In this document: piece by piece, positions 61,101 to 64,000 of the stretch
Numbering within the stretch: the stretch's first letter is position 1
How the letters are laid out: each line of letters opens with the position of its first letter
Assembly (NCBI GenBank): GCA_965637545.1
Contig: OZ281494.1
Span: forward strand, 10,478,001 to 10,542,000
Direction of reading: 5' to 3'
Source of the DNA: Phallusia mammillata
Taxonomy: Eukaryota
DNA length: 64,000 bases
Program-made: the position numbers and the translations under genes
Notes under the pieces: model-generated
The model's input: the letters and a program-made list of their open reading frames with translations, nothing else
Told to the model about the DNA's origin: nothing
Database searches by the model: none

Positions 61101-64000
61101 AACGAGCCGTTGAAGTCAGGAGGACATTTTGTTCTCGGCCAAGATCACGATGCGGCGTCTGAAACAGACCAGGAGTTCAGAGCAAACCAGGCATACGTGT
61201 TAGTGTTTTCATTATTATTAGTCAACTTGTTAGTATCTTCATTATTGTAACACGCCTTATTGATTAAGTACATACCTGAAATTGTAAGCAGTTGAACGCT
61301 TTATAAAATCTGACAGAAAAAATACCGTAGTCAGTCACAAGGCACCAACTGCAGTTACCGCATGTGCACCAACATTTTCACGTCTGATATTACCACATAG
61401 AATCACTGGGGGCGCCATAGAGCGTACGGGACGTAAAATTACATTCTTGTTGGATTTAGCAAAAAAAAAACATGTCGGACACACTTTCCTATTGACTATA
61501 ATAGGTGCACTAACCGCGACTGCTCACACATCCTCAAAAATACTTGACCGGCCATAATAGTAAAAATACATTTGTAGATTGTAAGACTTGCAGTAGGTTG
61601 CTCTAAACCAGTGGTTCTTAACCTTTTTATAACGGCCGAACCCCTACGACATTTTTCAGCCTTTGGTCGAACCCCAAAGTTACATCCTAGGTTTTTAACC
61701 CATTTTGTTTGGTGGGTCATAATTAGAACGTTGTGGCAACAGTTACTGTTTGTCTTTTTGTTAAATTCTGACACAATACTATAAGCAATGATTGCTTTAA
61801 TTCCGGCAATTTTTAGTTTTTACCAAAATGAAGCATTGTATTTTTGGCATCTGTACACAGACATGAAAAAGATGAAGTAATAAGTTTTTTCTGCCAACAA
61901 AATTTCGATGTGTTTCTGCTTACGAACAACGCGAACATTGCTCTTTGTTACATCAAAAATAAAACCTTAGTGAAGGGGTGCACAATCATTTTGCTCGGAC
62001 GGCCGAATCGCAGATTCTTATTTCACCAAAGACCGTCATTTACCTGCTTATTTTTGTTTTAAAATACTTGGTTTATATCATGTATTTACCATCTAATAGC
62101 GCCCAAAAAGCCCAGATTAATTTCTAGCTCGGTGCACAGATTGAGTGGCACAGCGAGGAGATCAGTCTTCAGTGTTTATGATGTCATAATCTATATTGTG
62201 ATGCTTGTGGTACCTGTTTTGTTCGCATTGTTGGCACACAATAGGCGTACAAAAATTCTGACACATATGGTAATTAAGCTGGCAATACTCGTTTCAGTAC
62301 CACAAAAACTGTTTAGAGCAATTTCAAACACCCCTGCCTAAGTTTAACCTTCCAGTGCTTTGTAATTTGGCAAATACAAATTGCCGTTTTTAGCGACTAT
62401 AGGCCCTAAAGTTTGACAAAAACGAGTATTTGCATTGTACTAAAAAAGACCTTCGTCGAACCCCTGATTCGGCGTTGCCGAACCCCTGGGGTTCAATCGA
62501 ACCCCGGTTAAGAACCACTGCTCTAAACGAACGAACCAAATCTTATGTTCGTTTACGGCTCAATGTGCAGATTGACGGTTAAACAAATGAGTTGATACTT
62601 ACGTAATAATAACATGTGGTTTTCAGTGGAGACATCGCCAACGTCATCATATGGTCACGTGTGTTAAGCGCTAGTGAAATTTTCCAAGTTGCTACCGGAT
62701 GTCCTTGCCCGAAAGACGCTTCTATTCTGCTTACAGAAGAAAACACCCAGCGTTTTGGTAGCGCTGGCTCTACTCAAAACAGTCCTGGTGTTTGTCCAAA
62801 TGGGTAAGTGTTATAAATGGGATAAGTAACGCGCAATGGCTATTGTAAACCATTTTTTTATATTTTAGGAAGAAGCAACGTGAATACGCAGGTAAGTTAA
62901 AGTTAATCTTTTACGATTACATAGAATAAATTTAACATGCATATAAGCAATCTTATTCTTTATTAACTTACAACTAATTCCAAAAGGTTAACTTGTAGCT
63001 TTAAAAGCCTAATATTTAAGCTTTAAAAGATAACACGCGAATCAGGACATAGTTTTTGATCAGAATATAGTTTTCTTATCTGTGACTGTGACAATAAGAT
63101 ACTGTATATTATAACATTTAGGAAATGAGATTTGGTGTTTTATACTACAGCTAGATCGCTTATAAAATAGCATCCCTGCGAAAATTAAAAGGAAGGTACG
63201 AAATTTTCCAAAGCTTGAAAATATGTTGCTTGTTATTTGACATCGGGGACATCTTTTTGAACCTTACGAAACCCGTATGTAAATCATCTGACAGTTAAAC
63301 AGTCTACAATGGCAAACTGTTTTCAGAATGCAGTGTCAGTTCCTTTGAGTTTCCTGTCGACAACCAAATCACAGATTACGTGCAACTAACCGAAACTTTT
63401 CCTGACTTCCACGAGTTCACATACTGCGCATGGAACAGTCCTACCAGCTTTAAAACAACCAGATCCAGATACCACTTCAGTTATTCAAGCTTTAATAGGT
63501 CAAATGAACTTCTATTGAGCGAGACAGCGGACGACATTCGAGTGCTCATCAAAAACACGGCGTATGTGTTTAGCACCGGCAAGTCCATGAATGCTACGGT
63601 AAGACTACATGATATTTTGTGTTATACAGTGGTTGACTTCATGCCAATGTGTGTATATTATGCTTTGGATTATTATAGCCATTTGCAAACGACACAGAAA
63701 CGAACTTAGTTGACTCATAACAAGCCTATTAAGAAAGTCATTGTTTTTGCAACTATTATTTTAATTTTCATTGGATATCACTTTACAAGACAATTTATTT
63801 ATTTCTGTGACAGAGACATATTTGCGTCATCTTTTCGACATTTGACAATCAAATACAAGTGTTTGTCGATGGCGAATTGTCAGGAAGCAAAAACTACACG
63901 GGCTCTGAAATTCTTGGTGGTGGACGACTAGTATTGGGCAACGACCAAGATGGGGTTTCGACTGAATCAGATTTGGAACTGGAAAGACTAAACGCTTGGA
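58161..64000 (+). CDS. Secreted protein with at least 3 tandem pentraxin domains (3' end beyond the window)
   Basis: Exons 58161-58221 (MLIRDFLMFVTIFVGLSSGQ), 58956-59230, 59638-59825, 60141-60313, 60491-60756, 61011-61198, 62627-62803, 62869-62891, 63327-63598, 63814->64000. Phases are consistent. Each domain shows F-x-FP..DYV, TxC, SY..NE, HxCx, (V/L)G(Q/N)DxD; domains 1 and 2 also show the IWSRVL segment. Confidence 0.9.
61609..62520. mobile_element. Non-autonomous hAT element in a pentraxin-gene intron
   Basis: TIR CAGTGGTTCTTAACC / GGTTAAGAACCACTG; perfect TSD ctctaaac. Confidence 0.92.

Overview
AT-rich, intron-containing animal genomic DNA with canonical GT-AG introns. An invertebrate chordate such as an ascidian is my guess from intron, repeat and gene style; the sequence does not prove it. 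Manual splicing resolves three gene families. (1) A family of secreted proteins that I do not recognise, built from six exon-encoded six-cysteine modules in alternating A/B types. Three near-identical minus-strand copies (A1-A3) sit in ~8-kb tandem units and carry a copy-number-variable 14-aa Gly/Pro/Arg repeat. There is also one divergent intact plus-strand copy (B) and one disrupted minus-strand copy (C). (2) Three tandem MS4A/CD20-like four-pass membrane genes with a progressively expanding Tyr-rich first loop, plus an inverted MS4A relic. (3) A secreted protein with at least three tandem pentraxin domains, cut by the window end. The 24-39 kb region is an old inverted duplication: the left arm kept the Cys-module gene and lost MS4A, and the right arm did the reverse. 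Many hAT-type MITEs, a long-hairpin MITE, a tRNA-derived SINE and a ~190-bp satellite element are present. The supplied ORF track is mostly exon fragments or antisense shadows.
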